Both the position numbers and the translations under genes were made by a program. Shown here piece after piece: positions 9,371 to 18,153 of a DNA stretch of 32,000 nucleotides. This DNA comes from Dehalogenimonas formicexedens (GTDB taxonomy: Bacteria > Chloroflexota > Dehalococcoidia > Dehalococcoidales > Dehalococcoidaceae): assembly GCF_001953175.1 (NCBI RefSeq), contig NZ_CP018258.1, positions 368,210-400,209 on the forward strand. The letters are read 5' to 3'. The notes beneath the pieces are model-generated. The model saw only the letters and a list, made by a program, of their open reading frames with translations, searched no databases and was not told where the DNA came from. Position 1 is the stretch's first letter. Each line of letters starts with the position of its first letter.

Positions 9371-9847
9371 TCAGGCGGCGGCTGACTCGGGCACGACCAC
9401 TTTGATCGTGTCCCCGGCATGAACCTCGCCGGCCTTCAGTATCCTGGCAAAGACGCCTTCAAGGGGCATGACGCACATCCCCACCTGGCGGTAGATCTGG
9501 CAGTGGTGGTGGCATTCCTTGCCGATCTGGGTGATCTCAAGCTCCACGCCGCGGCTGGTGACCAGGTGCGTTCCCAACGGCAGGGTATAGAGTGAAAGTC
9601 CCTCGGTGGTGATGTTTTCGGCGAAATCGCCGAAGGTCAGGTCCAGGCCTTGAGCCCTCATCTTGTCGACGCTGGAAATGTCCAGCAGGCTGAGTTGCCG
9701 GTGGCTGTGGGCTTCGGCGTGGGCGTCGCCGACCAGACCGAAATCCTCGGCCAGATATCCGGAAGCGGCATCCTTCTTTTTGGTGCCGCGCTTTGTGCTG
9801 AAGCAAACCGAAAGGATTTTTCCTTCGGTGTTAACCGGTGCGTTCAT
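9371..9847 (-). CDS. MOSC domain protein
   Basis: …GLVGDAHAEAHSHRQLSLLDISSVDKMR…GDFAENITTEGL… is typical of a MOSC beta-barrel. The ATG at 9847 is preferred over the TTG at 9895, which lies deep inside moaC. Confidence 0.75.
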   Translation of the reverse strand: MNAPVNTEGKILSVCFSTKRGTKKKDAASGYLAEDFGLVGDAHAEAHSHRQLSLLDISSVDKMRAQGLDLTFGDFAENITTEGLSLYTLPLGTHLVTSRGVELEITQIGKECHHHCQIYRQVGMCVMPLEGVFARILKAGEVHAGDTIKVVVPESAAA

Positions 9848-10304
9848 ATTTACCGCTTTTCCCGCCTTCTTTACTTTCGAGATAGATGTTTTCAATCGTC
9901 ATTCCCCGGTCGATCGCCTTGACCATGTCGTAGACGGTGAGCGCCGCGACTGAAGCCGCGGTCAGGGCTTCCATCTCCACGCCGGTTGCGCCCTTGCAGA
10001 CGACCTCGCTTCTGATGGAAAGCGTGATGTCGTCGACGAAACTGAAAGCTATCGCGGCGGAGGAAATTGCCAGCGGATGGCACAGCGGGATCAAATCCGG
10101 GGTCTTTTTTGCCGCCATGATGCCGGCCAGGCGGGCGGCGGACAGCACATCGCCTTTTTTGATAGTTGATTCTTTGATGGCCGTCATGGTTTCAGGTTTC
10201 ATCACCAGCGTGGCTACGGCGACAGCGCGGCGTACCGTATCGTATTTCTCGCTGATATCCACCATGCGGGCGGCGCCTGAGCTGTCGACATGGGATAATT
10301 CCAA
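9831..10304 (-). CDS. moaC: Cyclic pyranopterin monophosphate synthase MoaC
   Basis: LSHVDSSGAARMVDISEK…KGDVLSAARLAGIMAAKKTPDLIPLCHPL…. TTG start preceded by GGAGG, which overlaps the moaA stop. Confidence 0.9.
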   Translation of the reverse strand: MELSHVDSSGAARMVDISEKYDTVRRAVAVATLVMKPETMTAIKESTIKKGDVLSAARLAGIMAAKKTPDLIPLCHPLAISSAAIAFSFVDDITLSIRSEVVCKGATGVEMEALTAASVAALTVYDMVKAIDRGMTIENIYLESKEGGKSGKYERTG

Positions 10305-10307
10305 GAT

Positions 10308-11351
10308 CTAACCTCCGATCTGCCTCATCATTTTCTCCGGTATGATTCCGTCGGAGAGGTGGTGTCGCGCCGGTTTATTCATTATAGCCCATTGGAGAGC
10401 CTGCCTGATCTCGTCATCGGTCAGGTCGCTGCGCAGCATCGGTTTCAGGTCCAGCTCTGAATCGTCCAGCAGGCACAGACGCAATTTGCCGTCAGCCGTA
10501 AGTCGCAGGCGGTTGCAGTTGTCGCAAAAGCAATTGCTGACCGGTTGGATGAAGCCGATTGTCCCCTTGGCCAGCGGCAGCCTGAAGTAATTAGCCGGTC
10601 CGCTGCCATGCTCACGCACCGGTTCAAGTTTCCCGACCGACGTTTCGATAGCTGTTTTCATGTCGGCGACGGTGACTGACGCGGAGCCTTTGGCAAAAGG
10701 CATCTGTTCGATAAAACGCACGTTGGCTCCGCGGTCGATAGTCCAGCGGGCAAAATCTATGATTTCGTCGTCATTCACCCCGGGCATGACCACGGTGTTG
10801 ACCTTGACCGGGTTCAAGCCCGCTTGTCTGGCGGTTTCGATCCCGGTCAAAACGCGTCCCAAGTCGCCTCCGCGGGTTATCTCCCTGAACCGTTCAGGTT
10901 TCAGAGAATCGACGCTGACATTGACTCTCCTTAGCCCGGACTTTTCAAGCAGCACCGCCCAGCGTTCCAGGAGGGTGCCGTTGGTGGTCATCGAAATTTC
11001 GTCGATGCCGTTTAGTTGTTTCAACATTCTGATCAGCACGTCGATCTTCGGCCTGACCAGCGGTTCGCCTCCGGTCAATCTGATATGGGAGATGCCCATG
11101 CCGGCGAGAATGTTCGCGACCCGGGTGATTTCCTCGTAAGTCAGGATTGCGTCATGCGGCAAATTATCACACCGGCCGTCGCCGCAGTAGACGCAGCTCA
11201 GGTTGCAGCGGTCGGTAACTGAGATCCTCAGGTAGTCGATCCGCCGGTTGTGCCCGTCATAAAGCTCGGTAGGGCAGCGGGAGGCGTTAGCCTGAGAAGC
11301 GGCCGGGGCGGTCAGGCTTTGAAGGCCGAAGTTGTTGGAATAATCGGGCAT
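10308..11351 (-). CDS. moaA: GTP 3',8-cyclase MoaA (radical SAM)
   Basis: YLRISVTDRCNLSCVYC (CxxxCxxC) and a C-terminal CxxCxRLRLTADGKLRLCL cluster motif. The ORF is open to 11426, but a near-consensus promoter lies inside that extension, so the ATG at 11351 (MPDYSNN…) is preferred. Confidence 0.85.
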   Translation of the reverse strand: MPDYSNNFGLQSLTAPAASQANASRCPTELYDGHNRRIDYLRISVTDRCNLSCVYCGDGRCDNLPHDAILTYEEITRVANILAGMGISHIRLTGGEPLVRPKIDVLIRMLKQLNGIDEISMTTNGTLLERWAVLLEKSGLRRVNVSVDSLKPERFREITRGGDLGRVLTGIETARQAGLNPVKVNTVVMPGVNDDEIIDFARWTIDRGANVRFIEQMPFAKGSASVTVADMKTAIETSVGKLEPVREHGSGPANYFRLPLAKGTIGFIQPVSNCFCDNCNRLRLTADGKLRLCLLDDSELDLKPMLRSDLTDDEIRQALQWAIMNKPARHHLSDGIIPEKMMRQIGG

Positions 11352-11391
11352 AATCTTTTGTTGGGGATGGGAATCCGGTTCGAATGCTTTA

Positions 11392-11420
11392 ATTATATGA
11401 GTATTAGTACTTAAGGTCAA
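11392..11420 (-). promoter_or_regulatory. Candidate sigma70-type promoter for moaA-moaC-MOSC-fdhD
   Basis: Minus strand reads TTGACC, 17 nt, TATAAT (plus-strand ggtcaa 11415-11420 and attata 11392-11397). It sits about 40 nt upstream of the ATG at 11351. Confidence 0.55.
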
Positions 11421-11454
11421 TGACACCGGGATACGTATCCAAAATTGTTGCTAA

Positions 11455-11484
11455 TTGCCCTATTTCCAAAACAGGCGTTATAAT
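11455..11484 (+). promoter_or_regulatory. Candidate sigma70-type promoter for moaB-moeA
   Basis: TTGCCC (11455-11460), 18 nt, TATAAT (11479-11484). The ATG at 11491 lies 6 nt after the -10 element. Confidence 0.45.
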
Positions 11485-11490
11485 GCGGCT

Positions 11491-11994
11491 ATGGGACACA
11501 TTGAACACGAAGCACTTGCCCCGAAATCCGTCAGCGTCGCCGTGATAACCGTCTCGGATTCGCGTACCCTGGAAACGGACGAGTCGGGACGGTTGATTAA
11601 AGATGTCCTTATCAACCATTCGCACAGGATTCATTCCTACCACCTCTTGCCGAACAACACGCCAGGACTGGACTCTCTCATGGAGGATCTGCTTGGGAGC
11701 GCCGGTATTGACGCGGTGGTAATCACCGGAGGCACCGGGCTTTCACACAAGGACATCACCATTGAAACCGTGTCGCCTAAGTTCCAAAAAAGAATGGACG
11801 GCTTTGGTGAACTGTTCAGGTCGCTCAGCTACCAGGAGATTGGCGCGGCCTCGGTCCTTTCCAGGGCGGCCGGGGGCATAACCAACGGTAAAGTGGTTCT
11901 TTGTCTGCCGGGATCCGCCGCGGCGGTGAGGCTGGCGCTTGAAAAAATAATCGTTCCCGAATTACCCCATATGGTAAGAGAGGCATCGCGTTGA
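11491..11994 (+). CDS. moaB: Molybdenum cofactor biosynthesis protein MoaB/MogA family
   Basis: VAVITVSDSR…DAVVITGGTGLSHKDITIETV…. The ORF track start at 11455 is a TTG that coincides with the predicted -35 element, so the ATG at 11491 is preferred. Confidence 0.8.
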   Translation: MGHIEHEALAPKSVSVAVITVSDSRTLETDESGRLIKDVLINHSHRIHSYHLLPNNTPGLDSLMEDLLGSAGIDAVVITGGTGLSHKDITIETVSPKFQKRMDGFGELFRSLSYQEIGAASVLSRAAGGITNGKVVLCLPGSAAAVRLALEKIIVPELPHMVREASR

Positions 11995-13196
11995 AACCTT
12001 TCGGCAGGCTGCTGGATTTTGATCAGGCACGGGAGATGTCTCTCGGGCTGGCAAACCCCGTCGAGCGCACCGAAACCATACCCATCGATTCGGCGCTTGA
12101 CCGCATCCTGGCGCAGGACATCACGGCCCGCGTCTCGGTGCCGCCGTTTGACCGGGCGGCGATGGACGGGTACGCGGTCATTGCCGCCGACACTTTCGGT
12201 TCCTCCCGCAATCAACCTAAAAAGCTGCCTTTGGCCGGAGCCGTTTTCGCCGGGGATTCTCCGGAGGAAGCGCTAAGAGCCGGGAACGCCTTCCAGATAG
12301 CTACCGGCGCCCGGCTGCCCGCCGGAGCCGACGCCGTTGTCATGGTGGAAGAAACCGAACTCGACGGCGGTACGGTCAATATATTGAAGGCGGTATTCCC
12401 CGGGGGCAATATCGCCCGGGCCGGAGAAGACATCCAACAGGGATCCGTTTTACTTGTCGCGGGTACTCAACTGAATCCCGGCAAGGTGGGGATGCTCGCT
12501 TCTCAGGGGATTACCGAGGTCGAGGTCTTTGAAAAACCCCGTGTTTCGGTGGTCCCGACCGGGGAAGAGATAGCCGCAACGGGCAGCCCTCTGAAACCCG
12601 GCCAGATCTGGGACATCAATTCCCACACCGTTTCGGCCGTCGTCCGTCAGAGCGGCGGCCAGGCGACCATGTCGCCGATAGCGCGTGATCAGGCGGATTC
12701 ACTCCGTTCCTCGATACAAGAGGCTTTAAAGGCAGACATGGTCATCATATCGGGAGGGTCTTCGGTGGGTGAAAGGGATCTGATGTCGCAGATTTTGGCG
12801 GAGATGGGAGAGGTTCTTTTCCACGGCATCCAGGTCAAGCCAGGAAAACCGACACTGCTCGCCAGGGTCAATGGCAAACCTGTTCTTGGGCTTCCGGGGT
12901 ACCCTACCTCGTGCCTTATAAACGCCTATCTCCTGGCATCGCCGATGATCCGTAAAATGGCGCGGCGGAAACTCGACCAGGGACTCAGGTTGGAATTGCC
13001 GCTCGCGGAAGCCGTCCCTGGCTCCGTAGGCCGCCGGCAGTTCCTTCCCGTTCGGATAACGGAACAGCGGGCCAAACCTATGTTCAAAGAGTCCGGGGCT
13101 ATTACCGCGACGGCGCTCGCCGACGGTTATATCGATATCCCCGCCAATGTGGACATCTTGCCCAAAGGCGAACTGGTCACGGTCAACCTGTTCTAG
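11991..13196 (+). CDS. moeA: Molybdopterin molybdenumtransferase MoeA
   Basis: About 400 aa with PPFDRAAMDGYAV…, GGSSVGERD and GLPGYPTSCL motifs. TTG start overlaps the moaB stop (TTGA). Confidence 0.9.
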   Translation: MKPFGRLLDFDQAREMSLGLANPVERTETIPIDSALDRILAQDITARVSVPPFDRAAMDGYAVIAADTFGSSRNQPKKLPLAGAVFAGDSPEEALRAGNAFQIATGARLPAGADAVVMVEETELDGGTVNILKAVFPGGNIARAGEDIQQGSVLLVAGTQLNPGKVGMLASQGITEVEVFEKPRVSVVPTGEEIAATGSPLKPGQIWDINSHTVSAVVRQSGGQATMSPIARDQADSLRSSIQEALKADMVIISGGSSVGERDLMSQILAEMGEVLFHGIQVKPGKPTLLARVNGKPVLGLPGYPTSCLINAYLLASPMIRKMARRKLDQGLRLELPLAEAVPGSVGRRQFLPVRITEQRAKPMFKESGAITATALADGYIDIPANVDILPKGELVTVNLF

Positions 13197-13259
13197 CCGA
13201 ACCGGTGAGCTAAAAGATTGGCCGCCGCGGGTATTCGCTTTAGATCAATGGGGTAAGGC

Positions 13260-13874
13260 GTGAATATTAGCTGTATCATACTTGCCGGCGGCAAAGGACT
13301 CCGCCTCGGTAGTGATAAAGCCCTGGAGAAAGTCAATTCCCGGACGCTTATCCAGCATTCGGTTTCCGTGTTACAGGGTTTGGGTAACGAAATCATCGTC
13401 GTTACGGCTCCTGGAAAGACACAACTGGGGTTGGAGGATTATCCGGCTGTCAGGATTGTCGAAGACTCCGCCTCGGGTAAGGGGCCGCTGATGGGGATTT
13501 ATGCCGGCTTGTCGGCCTCGACCTCAGATTTGAACCTGGTGGTCGCCTGCGACATGCCTTTTTTGAATCCGGAATTGATCAAATATATGGTATCTGTGTC
13601 GGATGGCTATGACGCGGTTATTCCCAGGATCGGCGCTATGTTGGAACCGCTTCACGCTGTCTACCGCCGCGCCGCAAAAGATGCGGCCGCTGAACTCATC
13701 GGCCAGGGAATGTACTCTCTTCGCCAGCTGTTGGCCAAGGTTCGTGTTAAGTATATAGAAGAACAGGAGATCGACTCGCTTGATCCGGGGCGCCTCAGTT
13801 TTTTCAATATCAATTTTCCCGAGGACCTTACGAAAGCCAGGGAACTTCTTCGTGAAAAGCCACCTTCCAGTTGA
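13260..13874 (+). CDS. mobA: Molybdenum cofactor guanylyltransferase MobA
   Basis: IILAGGKGLRLGSDKAL N-terminal nucleotide-binding motif and VVACDMPFL. GTG start. Confidence 0.85.
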   Translation: MNISCIILAGGKGLRLGSDKALEKVNSRTLIQHSVSVLQGLGNEIIVVTAPGKTQLGLEDYPAVRIVEDSASGKGPLMGIYAGLSASTSDLNLVVACDMPFLNPELIKYMVSVSDGYDAVIPRIGAMLEPLHAVYRRAAKDAAAELIGQGMYSLRQLLAKVRVKYIEEQEIDSLDPGRLSFFNINFPEDLTKARELLREKPPSS

Positions 13875-14102
13875 TTTTATTCTTGGAATCCGCTCTTTAT
13901 ATCTAAGGTTATGATATTGTTATTATTTTTCGAATGACTGAAGCAGGTTTTTGGTCCGCTGGCTATTGCGGTTATAAGGGGCTGGTGCTATCATTACGGA
14001 TTGATAGGACTAGTACTTCTGATACATTCGATGTGATAGGTCTAGAACTAAATCATCGATGTTAGTAAATGTCCAAGAATAGCAACAAGCTAAGGAGGGT
14101 GC

Positions 14103-17100
14103 ATGACAACGGAAATCAGCAGGCGGGACTTTCTAGCGGCAACCGGCGGAGCGGCCGGGTTGCTAGCCACCGCCAGCCTGGCGAAAGCGAACCCGGGCGT
14201 CGATTCCTCGAAACCACTGGATAATCGCCCGACATGGACCAAAGAGACCTACACCATTTGCCCTTATGACGCGTCAGGGTGCGGTTTCTTTTGCTACACC
14301 GATGACCAGGGACGCCTGGTGAACATTGAGGGCGACCCGAACCACCCGGTCAACACCGGAGGCGCCTGCAGCAAGGGCGCGGCCATTTCTCAAATCCATA
14401 ACAATCCCCGCCGGTTGCAAAAGGTCCTTTATCGCAAACCGGGCGGTACGGATTGGGAAGAGAAAGATTGGGATTTCGCGGTTACCGAAATCGCCAAACG
14501 CATCAAGAAGACCCGCGATGAAAACTGGATCGAGACCAATTCCCGCGGCAAGCTGGTCCGGCGGACTGAGGCCATCGCCCACGTCGGCGGCGCCGCGCTC
14601 GACAACGAAGAATGCTACATATTACATAAAGCGTTGAGGTCTATGGGCCTGGTGTATATTGAACACCAGGCGCGTCTCTGACATTCCTCCACTGTCGCCA
14701 GTTTGGCGGAATCGTTTGGACGCGGCGCTATGACCAACCATTGGACTGATGTTGCCAATGCCGACTGTATCCTGATCATCGGCGCAAACCCGGCTGAGAA
14801 TCACCCGGCGGCCTTCAATCATATTGAACGGGCTATCGACAGGGGCGCCAAGCTCCTGGTGGTAGACCCCCGGTTCAACCGGTCGGCGGCCAAAGCTGAT
14901 GTCTACAGCCCCATGCGGTCCGGCACCGATATTGCCCTGATCGGCGGTATCATCAACTTCGTCATCAAGGATATCGAAGCCAATCCGGGCAACTACAATC
15001 TTACCTATATCTCCGAATACACCAACGCGCCCCATCTCCTGAATCCGAACTTCAAGACCCCGGCCGATCTGAATGGTTTGTTCTCCGGTTACAACGAAGC
15101 CAACCGAAGTTACAACAAAGCTGATTGGACGTACCAGGTGGATTCGGCGGGCATTCCGCTGAAAGATAAAACGCTAAAAGACCCGAATTGCGTCTTCCAG
15201 GTAATGAAACGCCATTTCGCCCGGTATACCCCGGCCAAGGTGCTGGAAATTACCGGTATTCCGACCGATAAGTTCGATGTCATCGCGCGTACCTTCGCCG
15301 CGACGGGCAAAGTCGGCAAGGCCGGTACCATCATGTACGCCATGGGCGCTACCCAGCATACCAACGGCACCCAGATCATCCGGGGCTACGGCATCCTTCA
15401 ATTGCTGCTTGGCAATGTCGGCGTGGCCGGAGGCGGCATCAACGCCTTGCGCGGAGAATCCAATGTCCAGGGCTCGACCGACTATGCCCTCCTCTTCGGC
15501 AATCTGCCGGGTTACTTGAAGCAGCCCCTGGAAACCGATGCCAGTCTGACTTCATTCTCCAACGCCCCCCGTGCTTTCACGGTGGCTACCGAGCCAAAAT
15601 CCCTCAACTGGTGGAAGAACACCCCCAAATACACCACCAGCCTTTTGAAGAGCTTCTATGGCACCAGCGCCACCAAGGACAATGATTTCGGCTTCCATTG
15701 GCTGCCCAAGAATGACACGGGCGCCAACTATTCCTGGATTCCCCTGTTCAAGAATATGTATGAGGGCAAGATCAAAGGGCTCTTGTGCTTTGGCATGAAC
15801 CCGGCGGTCAGCGGTCCGAACCAGGCCCAGACGGTACAGGGGTTGGAGAAGCTCGATTGGATGGTGGTTACCGAGCTCTGGGAGACGGAGACAGCCAACT
15901 TCTGGAAGCGCCCCGGCGCTAATCCGGCTTCCATCAATACCGAGGTATTCGTGCTGCCCGCCGCCTGCTCTTATGAGAAGGAAGGTTCGGTCACCAACTC
16001 CTCCAGGTGGATGCAGTGGCGCTACAAAGCCGTGGAACCCCCGGGAGATGCCAAAGATGACGCTTACATGATCATCCGCATCCTCCAGGAACTGCGCAAG
16101 CTTTACAACGCTGAAACCAATCCAGACCTCAAGCTCAAAGCCGAGCCCCTCACCAAGTTGGACTGGTGGTATGATCCGAACGACCCCGAGCTGACCCGGA
16201 AGATCGCCAAGGAGATCAACGGCTACAATCTGACCACCGGCAAGCTGGTGACCAACTTCACTGCCTTGACCGACGACGGGAACACCAGCTGCGGCAACTG
16301 GCTCTACAGCGGCAGCTGGGTCGAACCTGAAAACCTGGACGCCTATGAGAAGGCCCATCCGGAACTGTTCCCTGCCGGACTCGTCGGTAACCGGGCGGCC
16401 CGGAGGGATATCGCCGACGCTCATCCTCTTTCCATCCTGGATGCCGCCGGCCAGCCGGTCAAAATCGGTCTCAACAGCTACTTTGGCTGGGCCTGGCCGC
16501 TAAACCGGCGCATCATCTACAACAGAGCATCGGTCGACCCGAACGGGCTTCCGTGGGATACCGAACACCCGGTGATAAAATGGGATGGCGCCAAATGGCT
16601 CGGAGATATCGCGGACAGCGCCGCGCCGCCTCTGGCCCTGGCGACTGGCATCCTGCCCTTTATCATGCAAGCTGAAGGCGTGGCCAGGATGTGGGGTCCG
16701 GGTCTGGCTGACGGTCCCTTCCCGGAGCATTATGAGCCGTGGGAGAGCCCCGTAGCCAACGCGATGAACACCAATCCTCTGGCTCAATTCGATCCGACGT
16801 TCAGGATCTGGGAAGGCGGACTCGATGTCCGGGGCAGCGCCGCGGACTACCCGATAGCCTGCACCACTTTCCGGGTCGTCGAGCACTGGCAGGCCGGCGG
16901 TCTGTCCCGCAACCTGCCCTGGCTGGTTGAACTGGTACCACATCCCTACGTGGAGATCAGTCAGCAACTGGCCGAGGAAAAAGGCATTAAGAGCGGTGAC
17001 CTGATCAAGATAACCTCTGCCCGGGGCTCTGTAGAACTCGCGGCCATGGTCACCGGGCGTATCAAGCCTTACAACCTGGCCGGTAAGATCATCCATCAAG

Positions 17101-17312
17101 TGGCCATACCCTGGCACTGGGGTTGGGCCGGTTTATCCCAGGGTTTGTCGGCTAATGTCCTGACACCCAATGCGGGTGACGCCAATACCATGATTCCGGA
17201 ATCAAAAGCCTTCCTGGTCAAGATCGAAACCACCGGGAAGACGGTTGAAATGGATGAGAGGACCGGCCGGGCCAAACCGATCGAACCTCTGCTTATAAAG
17301 AGAGGGAGCTAA
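14103..17312 (+). CDS. fdhA: TAT-exported molybdopterin oxidoreductase catalytic subunit of formate-dehydrogenase type. It is one frame with an in-frame UGA (14679-14681) at the selenocysteine position.
   Basis: The two track ORFs (14103-14681 and 14703-17312) share a frame with no other stop between them. The junction reads EHQARL-U-HSSTVASLAESFGRGAMTNHW, which matches the Fdh-N/FdnG active-site block …QARVUHGPTVASLAPTFGRGAMTNHW. Twin-arginine signal SRRDFLAATGGAAGLLATASLAKA. SD AAGGAGG at 14092-14098. Confidence 0.85.
14694..14708 (+). promoter_or_regulatory. Candidate bacterial SECIS hairpin for the fdhA UGA
   Basis: GUCGCC-AGUUU-GGCG (stem cgcc/ggcg with optional A-U closure) begins 13 nt after the UGA. 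It lies over the same V-A-S-L-A codons that carry the SECIS loop in E. coli fdnG, as I recall that sequence. Confidence 0.5.
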
Positions 17313-17316
17313 GAAG

Positions 17317-18153
17317 ATGGCAAAAGGACTGCTTATCGATACTGTCAAGTGTACCGGTTGCCGGGGTTGTCAGAGCGCCTGCAAACAATGGAACCTCAAT
17401 CCGGCGGTAGAGACCAAGTTCTCTCCGACGATGACCAATCCCCCGGAAACCAACGCCTATACCTTTGTTCACGTCGAGTTCTACGAGGGCACCAAGAGCA
17501 ACGGAGACCTTGACTGGACCTTTGTTTCCAAGAGGTGCATGCACTGTGAACATCCGGCTTGCGTCTCGGTTTGCCCCGTCGGCGCGCTGCAAAAACTAGA
17601 TTTCGGTCCGGTTGTCTGGGAAGAAGGGCGCTGCATCGGCTGCCGCTACTGCCAGAACGCCTGCCCGTTCGATATCCCCAAGTACACCTGGTTCGACGAG
17701 AACGGCAAGACCGATCCCTGGCCCAAGATCGCCAAGTGCACCCTGTGCTGGGACCGCCAGCTAAACAAGAACCCTTCCGAAATTCCGGCCTGTTCCAAGA
17801 CGTGCCCACCCAAGGCTATCCTTTTCGGTGAACGGAATGACCTGCTGGCCGTTGCCAAGAACAGGATAGCCAACTCGCCGGACAAATACTTCAACCACAT
17901 CTATGGAGAAGAAGAAGCCGGCGGCACCCAGGTGCTGTTCATTTCCGGTCAGAATCCCCAGGCTATCGGGTTCCCGAATGTTGAAAAAGAAAGCTATCCC
18001 GGTTTCACCTGGGAATTCCTGAGCCGGATCCCGTACGAGATCGCGGCGCTCGGCGCCTTCCTGGTCGGCACTTATGTCTGGCGCAACAATAGAATCAAGA
18101 AGAAAGCCCTTGAGGAATCTGCCGTTTCTAATTCGAAGGGAGGAAACCACTAG
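17317..18153 (+). CDS. Iron-sulfur (4x[4Fe-4S] ferredoxin-type) subunit with a C-terminal transmembrane helix (FdhB/HybA-like)
   Basis: Cluster motifs CTGCRGCQSAC, CMHCEHPACVSVCP, CIGCRYCQNACP and CTLC…CSKTCP. C-terminal helix IAALGAFLVGTYVW. SD GAGGGAG. Confidence 0.9.
   Translation: MAKGLLIDTVKCTGCRGCQSACKQWNLNPAVETKFSPTMTNPPETNAYTFVHVEFYEGTKSNGDLDWTFVSKRCMHCEHPACVSVCPVGALQKLDFGPVVWEEGRCIGCRYCQNACPFDIPKYTWFDENGKTDPWPKIAKCTLCWDRQLNKNPSEIPACSKTCPPKAILFGERNDLLAVAKNRIANSPDKYFNHIYGEEEAGGTQVLFISGQNPQAIGFPNVEKESYPGFTWEFLSRIPYEIAALGAFLVGTYVWRNNRIKKKALEESAVSNSKGGNH

Noticed and set aside
11352-11454. A Moco riboswitch upstream of moaA or moaB, and also upstream of fdhA (13875-14102)
   Set aside because: The predicted leaders are too short (about 40 nt and about 0 nt). 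None of the conserved Moco-motif segments that I remember are visible. Only a covariance-model scan could settle this.
15552-16424. A 290-aa minus-strand ORF, plus 16500-17117 (205 aa) and 14622-15035, all antisense to the catalytic molybdoenzyme gene
   Set aside because: These lie entirely inside a gene with strong family motifs on the plus strand. Their products are low-complexity and G/P/R/V-rich, with no recognisable motifs. They are typical shadow ORFs of GC-rich coding DNA.
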